Part shown: positions 63,231-64,000 of the stretch, piece after piece
How the letters are laid out: the number at the start of each line of letters is the position of its first letter
Numbering within the stretch: position 1 is the first letter of the stretch
From: an uncultured delta proteobacterium
GTDB taxonomy: Bacteria > Desulfobacterota > Binatia > Binatales > Binataceae
NCBI GenBank assembly: GCA_963724765.1
Contig: CAVRVY010000001.1
Span: 640,001 to 704,000, forward strand
DNA: 64,000 nucleotides
Direction of reading: 5' to 3'
The notes under the pieces: model-generated
What the model was told of the DNA's origin: nothing
What the model saw: the letters and a program-made list of their open reading frames with translations, nothing else
Databases searched by the model: none
Made by a program: the position numbers and the translations under genes

Positions 63231-64000
63231 TCAGGCGCCGCGAAACAGCGGCTTGCGCTTGTCCAGGAAGGCCCGTACGCCTTCGGCGCGGTCGGCTGTG
63301 GTTTGTAGCAAGGCGTACAGATCCTCTTCAAGCCTTATACCTTGATCCAGGGTCAGGTCGTATCCCTTGCGCACGGCTTCCTTGGCCAGACGCGCGGCGA
63401 CCGGGCCGCGGCTGATGACTGCACGCACGACTTCGGCGGCCACGCGTTCGAGCGCGGCGCGGCCGGTTGCGGCATAAGTCACGAGCCCCACGCGCAGCGC
63501 CTCGCCGCCATCGATCGTCGCGCCGGTCAGCAGCAGCCGGAGCGCATGGGCCGCGCCGATAAGCCGCGGCAGGCGCTGGGTGCCGCCAAAGCGTGGCAAC
63601 CGGCCGCGCCCGAGCTGGCTCATCGTGAAGCGCGCGGATCGCGCTGCGACGCGAAGATCCGCCGCGAGCGCCAGTTCCATCCCTTCATCGGCGGCGACGC
63701 CGTCGATAATCGCCAGCGTTGGCTTGGCGAGCACCGCGATCGATTCGACCACCATCGGCACAATCGAATCGACGTCATCGTCGAAGCCCGCGCAGAAGTT
63801 GCCGCCCGCGCCGCGAATCACCAGCATCAACGCGTCCGCGTCGTCTTCGACCTCCTCGGCTAGCTCGACCAGCCTGAGCGCCATCGCGGCATCAAGCCGG
63901 TTGCGCGCGGCCGGCCGCACGAGCGTCGCGGTGACGCATCCGCCGGCGCGCGCGACTTCGACCTGGCCGGCCGCGGCGCGCGCCGGACGCGGGCGCTCAG
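63231..64000 (-). CDS. enoyl-CoA hydratase/isomerase family protein (start probably beyond window)
   Basis: FCAG, G.ELALAADLR, GGTQRLPRLIG, EGVRAFLDKRKP.F. Confidence 0.88.
   Translation of the reverse strand, partial: ERPRPARAAAGQVEVARAGGCVTATLVRPAARNRLDAAMALRLVELAEEVEDDADALMLVIRGAGGNFCAGFDDDVDSIVPMVVESIAVLAKPTLAIIDGVAADEGMELALAADLRVAARSARFTMSQLGRGRLPRFGGTQRLPRLIGAAHALRLLLTGATIDGGEALRVGLVTYAATGRAALERVAAEVVRAVISRGPVAARLAKEAVRKGYDLTLDQGIRLEEDLYALLQTTADRAEGVRAFLDKRKPLFRGA

Overview
High-GC bacterial DNA with two halves. Gene content (DUF1329, several luciferase-like monooxygenases, kelch and beta-helix exported proteins) resembles Candidatus Binatota; that is inference only. Bases ~1-34570 are an accessory region lying downstream of a minus-strand tRNA-Ser(GCT) at 34570-34661. 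It contains a tandem series of DUF2924 + large serine recombinase (LSR) modules, each ending in a tRNA-Ser-3'-like junction with a conserved arm. It also contains tRNA-Thr and tmRNA 3'-end attachment scars, many nested or broken IS elements (IS21, IS5, IS256, three IS3, two IS110/IS1111, IS630, rve integrase-core), an out-of-context RpoD-type sigma factor, a DUF6745 gene pair and redox cargo. Bases 34660-64000 look like core genome: PAS hybrid kinase, M20 peptidase, bamD with an AMIN-like tail, trmB, a compact hpa cluster, kelch protein, acyl-CoA synthetase, msrB, radical SAM protein and an unannotated 39-aa desulforedoxin. There are two top leads. (1) An IS1111-type element has a non-coding RNA with two guide-like segments that spell the IS3 transposase RDE|CLN coding sequence, and the element sits exactly at that site. 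(2) A minimal two-gene LSR element appears to be accreting in tandem at tRNA-Ser. All family calls are by eye; no database searches were run.
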